Positions 1 to 12,700 of a stretch of 64,000 nt of DNA are shown here, one piece after another (the first letter of the stretch is position 1; each line of letters begins with the position of its first letter). Source of the stretch: the human T2T-CHM13v2.0 reference genome, Homo sapiens. The notes under the pieces were generated by a model. It searched no databases, was not told where the DNA came from, and was given only the letters and a program-made list of their open reading frames with translations. The position numbers and the translations under genes were made by a program. The stretch lies in the NCBI RefSeq assembly GCF_009914755.1, contig NC_060933.1, one strand, 5' to 3'.

Positions 1-49
1 ATCTCAAAAAAAAAAAAAAAAAAACCTTTGAAAAGAAGTGAGGATTTGA

Positions 50-350
<301 letters not shown>

Positions 351-664
351 AAAGAAATGCAGATTTGGGACAATGGGGACACTTAGCTGATGCACAGCGC
401 AGGTGAGCAGTCCTTCTTTTGTGACCATGAAGACATAATTCCCAGGAGCCCACCTTGGGGTCTCCTAGAAAAAGCATGTGGGCTGCTCACCAGCTGCATA
501 TCCACCTTTCCTTTCCTGCACTCTCAGGAAGATGGGAGTTCTGGATTCAGCTGAACTGAGTTCAAGTTCAGACTCTGAGACTCACTGGCTGTGTAATTCT
601 GGGTAAGTTACTTGCTCTCCTTGAGTCCCGTATCCTCCATGGTAAAATGGAGAAGTGGAGTTAT

Positions 665-697
665 TGTAAGGATTTGAAGGCAAGGCAAGAGTTAAAG

Positions 698-747
<50 letters not shown>

Positions 748-1092
748 AGAGAGACTGGCCGCTTCAACAGCAACACAGGTTTATTACCAGCAAAACCCTG
801 CGGAGGGGGAAACCAGCTTAGTGTCAGTGCCCACTGCCGCTCACAGGCTGGGGTAATCATAGCGCTGGGAGGGAGGGCTCTGGACAGTATAGCTTGCTGC
901 TCAGTAGAAGATGATAAGGATGTTCCTGAAGTCAGGCTGTTGGGCCTTTGCCCAGCAGGATGTGATAAGGATGTTTCTGCAGTCAGGTGGTTAGGACATT
1001 TCTCACAGCCCGAGTTCCCATGGAATGTTTTACTCCAACCAGGATCTGCAAAACAGCAAGGGGTTTACCAAATAGTGCAGCTTAGACTAACA
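665..1092 (-). mobile_element. Solo ERV LTR (LTR18A-like) inserted in a MIR; contains (CA)n and AATAAA
   Basis: TG...CA termini (TGTTAGTCTAAGCTGCAC...CCTTACA on -); imperfect 5-bp flanks gttat/gtaac; subfamily from recall. Confidence 0.65.
700..753. repeat. (CA)n(GA)n microsatellite
   Basis: About 22 CA units followed by GA repeats. Confidence 0.98.
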
Positions 1093-2507
1093 GTAACCTC
1101 TCCCAGGTAGACAGTTCTATAAAGTAAACTTCCCTTGAGCACCTACACTGTACCAGACATGGTGCTAGGACCCAGGCCACAGGAGGAACAGGACAGATGA
1201 GGCCCCTGCCATCCTGGTGCTCTTGTCTGATGAAGGAAGCTAACAGGTCGTAAGACCAGGTCAGATGGTGGTGGTAATGAAAGACATTACCAGAGTGAGA
1301 TGAGCTAGAAAGAAACTGAGGGAGCTGTTCCAAACACAGTGACAGGGAGAGACCCCTCCAAGAGGTGACCTTTGAGCAGCAACCTGAGAGATGTGGGGTG
1401 GGGGGAGGCATGGAAAAGGAGCTGCCCCTGAAGCCATCCCAGGAGTAAAGACCCAGCACGAGGTGGGCAACAGAATGGCCTGACCTGTGCGTCCTTCATG
1501 CTTCCTTCCTCAGTGGTGCCCAAACAGAAACATGGGGCAATTCCACGCAGGGTCCATGGAGGGAGCAGAAAGCAGCCGCAATGAAGAGCCACGGTGGGGA
1601 TGAAATCTGGCCCAACAGTGAAGCTAGAAGCAGGTGCTGCTTACCACTCACCAAAACACAGGTCATGAAGCATACCCAGCCCCTGAAGGCACGTCCAGGG
1701 CCAGACCAGCTGGCTGGGCTGCCAGCATCCTAGTAGAGATCCCAGAAGATCAGATAAGCTGGTTGAAGGTGGGGGAGAAAAGGAAAGCTTCAGAAAATTC
1801 CATAGGACCCATGACACTTAGCATGGACTTTCCCTGAGTGGGATCTGTTTGGCATTGCTGGTTCTAAAAAGTTGGTCCCACCACCCCCACCTGCCCGGTG
1901 CCCGACCAGGGGAAAACCTGGGATAAGGTCCACAGAAACAATCCCTGTGGAATGGGAAAGGGTGTTCTCATCCAAAACCAAGGGAGGAATCCCACAAAAC
2001 ACCACTCATAAGGAGCAGAGGGGCCTACAGGGAGAAACAGGATTCTGCTGCTCGCTGGGGAATCTGCTTTTCAGCAGGAAAAGGAACATGCAGGATGCAG
2101 AAGCAAAGTGGACCCTGAGCTGTGGGGTTAGGGGAGCTAGCTGGTGCTGACACTGTCAGGGATGAGCCACAATAGGAGGCTTAGAACCCCTTACTTAGAA
2201 CACACTAACTCAGAGGGCACCTGAGAGTAACCTGAGATGGTCCCTAAAGACTTTTCATCCAAGCAGGATCCCTCCCTTGCCATCTCCAGACCTGCCCGAC
2301 AAGCTCCCTCCCTGGTCTCCTGGCTGTTGTTCACTCCTTCCAGGAAGCCTTCCACAGTCATCTCTAAAACGTGGCTGACTGTCCCTCCTTTATCCAGAAC
2401 CTTCCATGGCTCCCCAGAGCCCTCCAGATCAAGTTCAAGTTCTTTGATCAGACACTTGATCTCAAGCTGCATTCTACCTCCTGAATTAAGATCCCAGAGA
2501 TGCCCAC

Positions 2508-2772
2508 CTTGCTCGGCACAAGTGCATCAATGAAGTCCAAAGTCTTGAATGTGGCCTTGGCCTTGAGGACGTCAACACCCTGGCTAGTGAGGGTGCAGTG
2601 CCGCTCCAGGATGATGGTGTCTAAAGTTGAGCACCAGGTCGCAGGCCCGCAGAAGCATCTCCCCTCAGGAGTGAGGTAGTACAGGAAGTCTGTGCACAGG
2701 CAGATCTGCTGGTGCCATTACACTATGAGGGCATGGAGCTCCAAGATGGTGGCAACATAGTCACTAGAATTC
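2508..2772 (-). pseudogene. CYP4F-family pseudo-exon (exon-7 equivalent)
   Basis: CTGTAG|GAATTCT...GAGCAAG|GTGGG; reads SDYVATILELHALIV*WHQQICLCTDFLYYLTPEG...KAKATFKTLDFIDALVPSK versus CYP4F EYIAAILELSALV.KRHQQILLYIDFLYYLTPDG...KTLDFIDVLLLSK; has a stop and frameshifts. Confidence 0.9.
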
Positions 2773-3143
2773 CTACAGGGTAAGGCTGGGGAGAGGAAGT
2801 AGCTGCATAACACATATGATACCCTGGAAGCACTTCCCAGCCAGAGTCTCAGGACCACATTACATCCAGATACAGGTGCCCTCTGAGCACACTTCTCTCT
2901 CTGCCTCCCACTCTGAGCTGCCTCCTGGCCCCACATGGGCAGCCTGGCCCAAGGGTTGGAGCCCAGCAAGTGTTCAGTCCATGGTGTTGACTGCTCCCTG
3001 GGCCAGGAGAGCCCTTGGTGACTCTCTGACTCCTCCTGTGGAACCTCTGACTCTGCCTTGGGACCTCCCAATTCCCATGGGAAGCCCCCATGGCTCTGGA
3101 TTGCCCCACCTTGCCTGGGATCCTCCAGCCCCACAGGCCTTAC

Positions 3144-5078
3144 TTGATGCCTTAGCCCTCCCAGAACATGACATGTTCCTCAGAATGTGGCTGATGTCCA
3201 GGGCCATCTGTGGATGTTTGCTGGGGGCTTCTTGCTGTTCTCCTTTATGGTCTGTAGGGCAGGGCAAGGCCAAAAGGAGAAACCAATCCAACCTCAGAAT
3301 GGACAAAATGCTCACTGCCACAAACGGCAACCACTTACAGTCAGCAGTGCTTCTGGAAACAAAGGTTTCATTCTGCAAAACGCTCCTTGTTGGCTTCTTT
3401 CTGAAGCCAGGGAAGGATACCAAGCCCAGCTTACCTGCAGTGCCTGCATTAGCATCTGTGCCTAGGATGTGCGATGGGCCCCTGCTCCCACTGCAGGGTT
3501 GACGTTCCCTCCAGCTGGAGACCTGGGCTCCTGACACCACCGGGCCTGTTTGTCCTGCTCTGGATGAGGGTGGAAAGGCTGTATCTGGCATTTTCCTAGG
3601 TCCTTAGTTTCCACCTTCTAGACATCCAGCAGGAGTGACCATGCCCAGCCCCACACCTGAAATGGGACTCCCTTGTAGAGCAGCTGAGACATCTACAGAC
3701 AGAAGAGTGCTCTGGTGAGACAGGCCACAGGGGTCCCCAGGGAGGGTTGGGGGCCAGAAGATTCTGAAGGCTTCCAGTCTTGGGCTCTGTGGTTCCTCAA
3801 AGAGGTTAGGTTTAACTAAAACCAGGCCTCCCCTCCCACGATTCAAAGAGTGGGTGAGTGCTCTGCGTCAGGAACTCTGATCTGGACCTATTTTTTCATT
3901 TAGGTCACCAAGAGACAACCCCTAACCCCCAAGCTAGGGATGGTGCAAGCTCTGGCATGAGATTTTCTTCTAGCAACGTGATGCTTACAGGGACAGGTAG
4001 AAAAGCTGGTGATCAGGCCTGCTGTCCTCCGGGTAAAGACAGTGGGCCACCCACGCTCTGAGAGGCCGGTGGTGCCAGGCCACAACACTGGGTGCCTGTA
4101 CCCCTGGCTCTGCAGACACCGGTCATGGAGGCCCTCCCCTCTCCATATTACCCTCTTGCTGCTCCTATATTTCTTCTAGTTATTAAACAATTTGGGCCAT
4201 TTTTCTGTGCATCCGATCTGACATTTTTGCTCTCAGATGAAACATGATAAAGGAAGCCAAGCCGCCAGTATTCCTGGAGGGGACCTTGGGTGCTGGGTCT
4301 TGGGCTCCAGGGCCCTAATGGGACTGAACCAGAAGGAGCCAGGGAAGGGCAAACACTGGGGCTGAGGCCCTAGGACCCAATGGCCATTGGTGGCCGGGAC
4401 TTATGGCCCCAACACACCCTGTCCTCAGGCCACAGACACCATGGGCTTCGGTCAGGTCCCAGCCTCCCAGTAGTGTCCTGGTACTAGCAGGTGCTGACCC
4501 CTGAGCCACAAGCACAATTCTGGGTTTTGGGTTTTGGTAAAACCACCTCAGGGACAGAGTTCTGGGGTTGGGTTTGGCAGGAACCATGGTGCCTCCCAGG
4601 GATGGTGTGTCACTCCTACTTGCCACAAAATGTGCACACAGGCTGTCCCACTGTCCAGCCCATCCTGCTGGACAGGATGGAGGAAGTCAGGGAACAGGTA
4701 GGGTGGACATCTGGGGTGCAGGGAGGGGCAGGTGCATGCTGGGAGGTCAGACCCTGCGAGGGCTGTGGGGGCATCAGGCGGAGTGGGCTCCAGGTGCACC
4801 CTCAATGCACTGGGCAGGTCTCAGGCCAGGCTCCCTGGACCCCGGCTGGGTGATGTGGTCACTCCCTGGGGGACTGCTGTCAGGCCCTGGCCACCCACCC
4901 TGGGCAGCACCGTCCTATCTCAGGACTGGAATTTCTGCAGTCTGAGACAGGACAGTACTGTCCAGGCCTGACAGACTGGGAGGACCCGTTAAGTCCTCCA
5001 TCCCTAGACCAGCCTCCCACACAGCAAGGACAGTCTCTTAGCTCTACCTTCAGGGCACTGACTGATCCTGCTCACTCT
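3144..5078 (-). pseudogene. TBC1D3/TBC1D26-like unprocessed pseudogene fragment (relic exons ~5042-5078, ~4152-4231, 3585-3692, 3144-3251)
   Basis: 3585-3692 (108 nt) reads MSQLLYKGVPFQVWGWAWSLLLDV*KVETKDLGKCQ (TBC motif YKGIP..VRG.AW.LLL); 4152-4231 reads KWPKLFNN*KKYRSSKR; 3144-3251 reads ...LDISHILRN; stops, frameshifts and a dead AT donor. Confidence 0.8.
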
Positions 5079-5637
5079 GAGGCAACCAAGGCAGAGCTGA
5101 GGACCTGTGCCAAGGCTGGGAGCCAGTCCCCTCCCTAAATGGGCCTGAGGGAAGCACCATCCCTGTCCCAGTCCACTGCAAGCTTCAGCCCAGGAGACAC
5201 ATAGGGAAGGGAGGACGGAGCCCCTCTGCTTCCTGACACTGCAAAAGCGGGACCCAGGAGAAGAGGGAGTACAGGGCTGGCAGGGGACACTCCAGGCCAA
5301 TGGAGAGCTCCAGCTGCACCATGGGGCTGCCCCTCCTGGGCTGGAGGCTGTGCCCTCTGCAGGATCTGAGAAAGTCCAGTCCTGAGATGGGACAGTGCTG
5401 CCCATGGTGGGTGCCCGGTGCCTGACAGCAGTCCCCCAGGGAGTGACCACATCACCCAGCCGGGGTCCAGGGAGCCTGGCCTGAGACCTGCCCAGTGCAT
5501 TGAGGGTGCACCTGGAGCCCACTGCGCCTGATGCCCCCACAGCCCTCACAGGGTCTGACCTCCCAGCATGCACCTGCCTCTCCCTGCACCCTGCTGCCCA
5601 CCCTGCCTGTTCCCTGGCTTCCTCCATCCTGTGCAGC
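4667..5637. repeat. Inverted repeat, arms 4667-4936 and 5369-5637
   Basis: About 93-94% complementary by manual comparison; 4782-4885 is perfectly complementary to 5420-5523. Confidence 0.95.
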
Positions 5638-5849
5638 CCATAGACTGTGACCATCTATCTGGCCACTGTGGCCCTTCCTTTCCCTTTGTCCTGTTGGAAT
5701 CTCTGAGCAAGATCTCCCAGGTCCATCGAAACACCTGCTTTGTCCAGTTTTGACTGGGTCTTTGGGCACTACTGGGCCATCCCAACTGTCCACAGGGCCC
5801 TCAATAACGTGCATTGCACCTGACATCTCCCAGCAGTGCTCAGCAGCCC

Positions 5850-6722
5850 CTGCTGACCAGGTCCAGGTCCCTGCTGGCCATATCCCACACATCAGGTCCT
5901 CCCTGACCACACCCTCACTGATTAGAACCCCATGACCAGGCCCCACTAACCAGGCCCTTGCTGCTAGGCCAACAGTGTCCAGGACCCCACTGACCAGGAC
6001 CTTACTGACCAGGGCCTCACTGACCAGGTTCTTACTGACCAGGGCCTCACTGACCAGGTTCCACTGATCATGACCCCATTGCCTGGCACCATAGATGAGG
6101 CCCCACTGACCAGGCCTCCAGGGAACAGGCTGCCACTGACCAGGCCCCTATTAACCAGGCCATAGGTGACAAGATGCCCCTGACTGTGACCCTAGTGAGT
6201 AGGCCCCACTGAATAGGCACCCACTGCTCAGATCCCTGCTGACCAGGTCACCCCACAGACCACTGCTACAAGAGCCACCACTGAATGCGCTCTCTCTGAA
6301 CAGGCCGCCACTGATTAGGTTCCACTGACCAGGCTGCGCTGACCAGGGCCCCACTGACAAGGGCCTCACTGATGAGGACATGGCCAGCAGGCCCTGCTGA
6401 CTGGGTCCCATGTGACCAGGCCTCCAATGAATAGCACCCCTTGAGCTGGTCACCAGTGACCCGGCCCATGCTGACAAGGCCACCACTAAGCCCCAGCTGA
6501 CCAGGTCTCCATTGACAAAGTCCTGCAGCCTAGGTTTACACTGACCAGACACCAAACAAGTGGCTGCCACTAGGTCCCCACTCACCAAGACCCCACTACT
6601 AGATCCCCCTAATGAGACCCTCTCTAAGTAGACCCCTGCTGACCACGCCCCCAATAAATAGGCCTCACTGACCAAGTCCCAGCTGACTAGGTCCACTGAT
6701 GAGGCCCACACTGATCAGGGCC
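5850..6722 (+). repeat. Degenerate ~15-nt tandem array (CCCCACTGACCAGG-like), array 1
   Basis: Dozens of actgaccagg variants; perfect 30-bp doublet at 6001-6060. Confidence 0.9.
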
Positions 6723-6724
6723 CT

Positions 6725-9700
6725 CATAACCATACCAGAAGGACAAGCGACAATGAGATATTTCATATGGCAGGAGTAGGAGCAAGACAGAGAGAGAAAG
6801 GAGGTGCCACATCCTGTTATACAACCAGATCTCATGAGAACTCACTATCAGGAGATCAGCATCAAGAAGATTAACCACTGGTGAAGGAAACACCACCCAC
6901 ACCACCACCCACTGTTTGCAGGCAGAAGCCTCCTGCAGAGGCAGAGCCTCTTGGGAAACTTCTACCATGGCAGTGCAGAAGGGAAACATGGGCTTGGAGC
7001 CCCCACACAGGAGGTCACCATCCTCCAGACCCCAGATTCATAAGCCCACCAACAGTTCACATCCTCAGTATGGAAAAGCTACAGGCACTCCACACCAGCC
7101 TAGCCCATGAGAGCAGACATGGGGGCTGAAGCCTGCAAAGCTGCAGGTGCACTGCCCTAGCAGAGGTTTCCCATGAGCCTCTGCCTCTGAAGCAGACTAC
7201 TCCCCCTTCCTACTACCCACCACCCTCCCACCACCCTACTGCCAACCTACTTCCCACCCTACCCACCCCTTTTCCTTCCAACCCCAAACCCCTCCTGCCA
7301 TGATTACATCACCTCCCACCAGGCCCCACCTCCAACATTAAGGAGTACATTCCACAGGAGTTTTGGTAAAGAAACACAGCCAAACCATATTATTCTGACC
7401 CTGGTACCCCAGAATCTCATGTCCTTCTCACAGAGCAAAATACATTCATGCCTTTTCAAAAGTTTCCAAAAGTCTTAACTCATTCCAGCATTAACTCAAA
7501 TGTAAAAAGTTCAACATCTCATCTGAGACAAGTCTACAGTCCCTTGCACCTATGAGTCCCTGAATTTAAAAGGATGTTCTTTTCTTTCAGGGTACAATGA
7601 TGGTACAGGCATTGGGTAAGCTTTCTCAATTCAAAGGGAAGAAATTTCCCAGGAAAAAACCACAAATAGAACCACACACCCAATGCAAGTCCAAAACCCA
7701 GGAGGCCGGTATCCATTCAATCTCACAGCTCCAAAATCACGAAGAGAACTCACTAGCATAAGCACAGCAATAAGGAGATGGTGTTTAATCATTTGTGAAG
7801 GATCCACCTCCCACCACCACTTTTCACCCCTCACCCCCACCATAATCCCCTCATTCTCCCTACCCCCCACCTTCCAACCCACACTCTCCACCATGATTAA
7901 ATCACCCTCCACCAGGCCCCACCTTTAACTTTATTATTCTGTCCCTGGCTCCCAAATCTCATGTCCTTCTCACATTGCAAAATACAATGATGCCTTCCCT
8001 ACGGTCCCCCCAAATCTTGTATCATTCCAGCATTTATACAAATGTCCAAAGCTTAAAGTCTCATCTGACACAAGGCTATACAGTCCCTTAGGCACATAAG
8101 CCTCTGAACTATAAAGCAAGTTAACTGCTGCCAAGCTACAATGCTTGTGCAGGCAATGGGTAAGCATTCTCAACTGAAAGGAAAAATTTTGCCAGAAAGA
8201 GCAAAACACATAGAGGACTTACAGGCCCCATGAAACTCCAAACCCAGAAGGCCAGTCATTCAATCCTACAGTTCCAAAATCACCCTTTTTGAAACGTTGT
8301 CCCACATCCAGGGCACAGGGACATGAGGGCTGGGCTCTGAAGGCCTTGGGCAGCCCTGCACCTGTGGCTTTGCAGGGTTTATGCCCCACAGCTGCCCCCA
8401 TGGACTGGGCGGGTGTTGAGTGCCTACAGCTTTTCCTGACTGATGGTACAAGCTGTTGGTGGGTCTATGAATCTGGGGTCTGCATGACGGTGGCCTCCAG
8501 TGTGGGGGCTCCAACCCCATATTTTCCTTCTGCACTGCCCTAGTAGAAGTTTCTTATGAGGCTCTGCATTTTTGGGATGCTTTTGTCTGGTCACCCAGGC
8601 ATTTCCATACATCTTCCAAAGTCTACAAAAAGGCTCCCAAGCCTCTAGTCTCATGATCCATCCACCTAGTGGCTTAACACTATGAGGAAGTTACCAAGGC
8701 TTCTAGCTTGCACCCTCTGAAGCAGTGACCCAAGCTGCATCTGTGCATTTTCAGCCATGGCTGGAGCTGGAGCTGCAGGGACGCAGGCAGCAGTGCCCTG
8801 AGGCTGCACATAGAGCGGGGTCACAGGACTGGCCCAGGAAACCATGCTTCTCTCCTAGGGCCCAGGGCCTGTGATAGCAAGGGCTGCTGCAAAGGTCTCC
8901 GAAATGCCGTCAAGGGCTTTTCCCTATTGTCTTGGCTATTAGCACTGGGCTCCTTTTCATGCAAGTTTCTGAAGCCTTCCTGAATTTTCCCCCTGAAAAT
9001 CAGCTTTTCTTTTTGACCACTTGGCCAGGCTGCAAATTTTCCAAACTTTTGAGTCCTGTTTCTCATTTAACATAAGAGTTGGGACTCATTTAATATAAGT
9101 CCCATCCAGAGGTCATTTTCTCAGTCACACATCAGAGCACAGGCTGTTCGATGCAGACAGGACACCTCTTGAGCTTTGCTTCCTAGAAGTTCATTCCACC
9201 AGATATGCACTGCATCATCACCCTCAAGTTTAAAGTTTCACAGATCTCCAGGGCAGGGTCACCATGCAGCCATGTTCTTTGCTACAGCAAAATAAAAGTA
9301 ACCTTGGCTTCTGTTCCCAGGAAGTTCCTCATTTTTATCTGAGACCTTCCAAGTCTGGTTTTCACTGGCCATTTTCCTGTCAGCCTTCTGATCACAAGTA
9401 GTTAACAATTCTTTACAAAGATCCAAACTTTTCTTCATTTTCCTGTCTTCGAAGCCCTCCAAACTCTCCTGATCTCTGTCTGCCACCCCCTTCTGAACCT
9501 GCTTCTACATTATCAGCTATCTTTGTCACAGCCTGGCAATGTGGTAAAGGAAGACAAGTCCATTTTCAGGGAGAAAATTCAAGAAGCCCTCAGATACTTG
9601 AATGAAAAGAAGCTGAGTACTGACTCCCAAGACAATAGGGAAAAGGCCTTGAAGACATTTCATACATCCACTTCCCAGTACTAATTTTCTCTATGATCAT

Positions 9701-12700
9701 AAAGAACCTCATGATTCTGCAGGCTGTAAGGAAACATACTGGCTTCTGAATCTGGGAGGACTCAGGAAGCCTCCCAATCATACCAGAATGTCAAGGGGCA
9801 ATGAGATGATTCACGTGGCAGGAGTAGGAGAAAGACAGAGAGAGGAAAGAGGTGCCATGCCCTATTATACAAGCAGATCTCATGAGAACTCACAAGGTCA
9901 GCATCAAAAAGATGGTGTTTAACCATTGGTGAAGGATTTGCCCCCCACCCCCAACTCCCACTGTTTCCAGGCAGAAGCCTGATGCAGAGGCAGATCCTCT
10001 TGGAAAACCTCTACTAGGGAAATGTGGAAGGAAAATATGGGCTTGGAGCCCCCACGCAGATGGCCACCAACCTCCAGACCCCAGATCCATAGACCCACCA
10101 ACAGCTCACAGCCTCAGTTTGAAAAAGGTATGGGTAGTCAACACCAGCCCACCCCATGAGAGCAGCCACAGGGGCTAAACCCTGTAAAGTCACAGGTGCA
10201 CTGTCCTAGTAGAGGTTTTCCATGAACCACTGCCTCTGCAGCAGGTTACTCCCCCTTCCTACTACCCACCACCCTCCCATCACCCTACAGCCAACCCATT
10301 CCTCCCCACCCTACCCACCCTTTCTCCTTCCACCCCCAACTCCCTCCCATCCATGATTAAATCCCCTCCCCTAGGCCCCACCTTCAGCATTTGGGATTAC
10401 AATTCCACATGAGTTTCACAGGGACACACAGCCAAACCATATTATTCTGACCCTGATACCCCAGAATCTCATGTTTTTCTCACAGAGCAAAATACAATCA
10501 TGCCTTTTCAAAATTTTCCAGAAGTCTTAACTCATTCCAAATGTAAAAACTTCAAAGTCTCATCTGAGACAAGGCTACCTTCTCTTCTGCCTATGAGTCC
10601 CTGAATTCAAAAGGGATTTCTTTTCTTTCAAGGTGCAATGATGGTACAGGCATTGGGTAAGCTTTCTCAATCCAAAGGGAAGAAATTTCCCAGAAAAATA
10701 ACACAAATGCAAGTCCAAGCCCAGGAGGACAGTATTCACTCAATCTTAAAGCTCCATAATCATCAAGAGAACTCACTATCATGCAGACAGCATTAAGGAG
10801 ATAGTGTTTAACCATTTGGGAAGGATCCACCCCCCATCCTCATCTTTTGACCCCACTCCCAAAATAATCTCCACCATTCTCCCCACACCCGTACCTCCAA
10901 CCCCCATGCTTCACCATGATTAAATCACCTTCCACCAGGTCCCAACTTTCACATTCCCCATTACAATTCCACATGAGTATCGGTAGGGACACAGAACCAA
11001 ATCGTATTATTCTGACCCTAGTTCCCCCAAATCTCATATCTTTGACACACTGCAAAATACAATGATGCCTTCTCTACAGTCCCCCAAAGTCTTAAGTCAT
11101 TCCAGCCTTTACTGAAGTATCCAAAGCCCAAAGTCTTATCTGACACAAGGCTGCAGTCCCTTCTGCCTCTGAGCCTCTGAAATACAAAGTAAGTTAATTA
11201 CTTTCAAGGTACAATGATTGTACAGGCATTGGGTATGAATTCCCAGCCAAAAGAAAAAACTTTGCCAGAAAGAAGCACAAAATATAGATGAGACTTACAG
11301 ATCCGATGCAAGTCAAAAACCCAGCAGGCCAGTCATTCCATTGTACAGCTCCAAATCATCACTTTTCAATCCAAATCCCACATCCAGAACACAGGGGTGT
11401 GATGGCTGGGCTCCCAAGGCCTTGGGTAGCTCTGCACCTGTGGCTTTGCAGGGTCTTTCCCCCACAGCTGCCCTCATGGGCTGGGCTAGTGTTGAGCACT
11501 TGTAGCTTTCCACACTGAGGGTGCAAGCTGTTGGTAGGTCTATGAATCTGGGTTTGCAGAATGGTGCCTCCATGTGTGGGGGTTCCAACTCTATATGTTC
11601 CTTCTGTAATGCCCTAGAAAAGCTTTCCCATGAGGGTCTGCCTCTTGGAAAAGCTTCTGCCTGGAAACCCAGGTTTTTCTGTACATGCTCTGGAGTCTAG
11701 ACGAAGGCTCCCAAGGCTCTCCTCTTTTGCTCTGTGCACCTGCTGGCTTAACACTATGTAGAAGCCACCAAGGCTTGCATCTTGTACCCCTGAAGCAGTG
11801 ACCCAAGCTGTGCCTGTGCATCTTTCAGCCATGGCTGGAGCTGGAGCTGCAGGGATGCAGGCAGCAGTGTGCTGTGGCTGAGCACAGCAGTGGAGCCTTG
11901 CAGCTGGCCCAGGAGAACATTCTTCTCTCTCAGGCCTTAGGGCCTGTGACAGCAAGGGCTGCTGCAAAGGTCTCTGAAATGCCTTCAAGGCCTTTTTCCC
12001 ATTGTCTTGGCTATTAGCACTGGACTCCATTTTATACAAATTTCTAAAGCTCTCTTAGATTTTCCCACTGAAAATCAGGTTTTCTTTTTGACCACTTGGC
12101 CAGGCTGCAAATTTTCCAAACTTTTAAGTTCTGCTTCTCGTTTAAATATAAGTTTCTACTTGAGGTCATTTATTTGGTCACACCGAAGACCACAGGCTTT
12201 TGGACACAGACAGGATACCTCTTGAGCTTTGCTGCCAAAAGTTCATGCCTATGATTTAGATACACCCTAAATCATCACCCTCAAGTTCAAAGTTTCATAG
12301 GTCTCCAGGTTAGGGGCATCATGCAGCGACGTTCTTTGCTAAGGCAAAACCAAAGTAACCTTGGCTCCTCTTTTCAGTAAATTCCTCATTTTCATCTGAG
12401 ACCTTGTAAGCCTGGCCTTCACTGTCCATCCTTCTGTCACCCTTTTAATTATAACTATTTAACAAGTCTCTACAATGGTCAAAACTTCCCTTCATCTTCC
12501 TGACTTCTTCCAAGGCCTCCAAACTTTCCAACCTCTGGCTGTTACCCTCTTGTGATCCTGCTTTTACATTTTCATCCATCCTTATTGCAGCCTATCAATG
12601 CAGTAAAAAGAAGAAATGCCCATTTTCAGGGGAAAAATTCACAAAGGGATCCGATATCTGCATGAAGAGAAGCTGAGTGCTGATTGCCAAGGCAATAAGA

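Larger units (their letters stand above)
780..5600 (-). ncRNA. Probable FAM95-family lncRNA region (FAM95C)
   Basis: Inferred from recalled locus context plus a minus-strand AATAAA at 780-785 and usable relic splice sites; exon structure cannot be determined from sequence alone. Confidence 0.35.

Noticed and set aside
2816-5946. Long ORFs of 228, 205, 216 and 164 aa
   Set aside because: GC-rich chance ORFs crossing pseudo-exons, introns and inverted-repeat arms, with no coherent homology.
5850-6722. CRISPR-like appearance of the ACTGACCAGG arrays, and ORF 6151..6711
   Set aside because: Degenerate short tandem repeat with no unique spacers or cas genes, in primate DNA. The ORF is a low-complexity by-product of the repeat.
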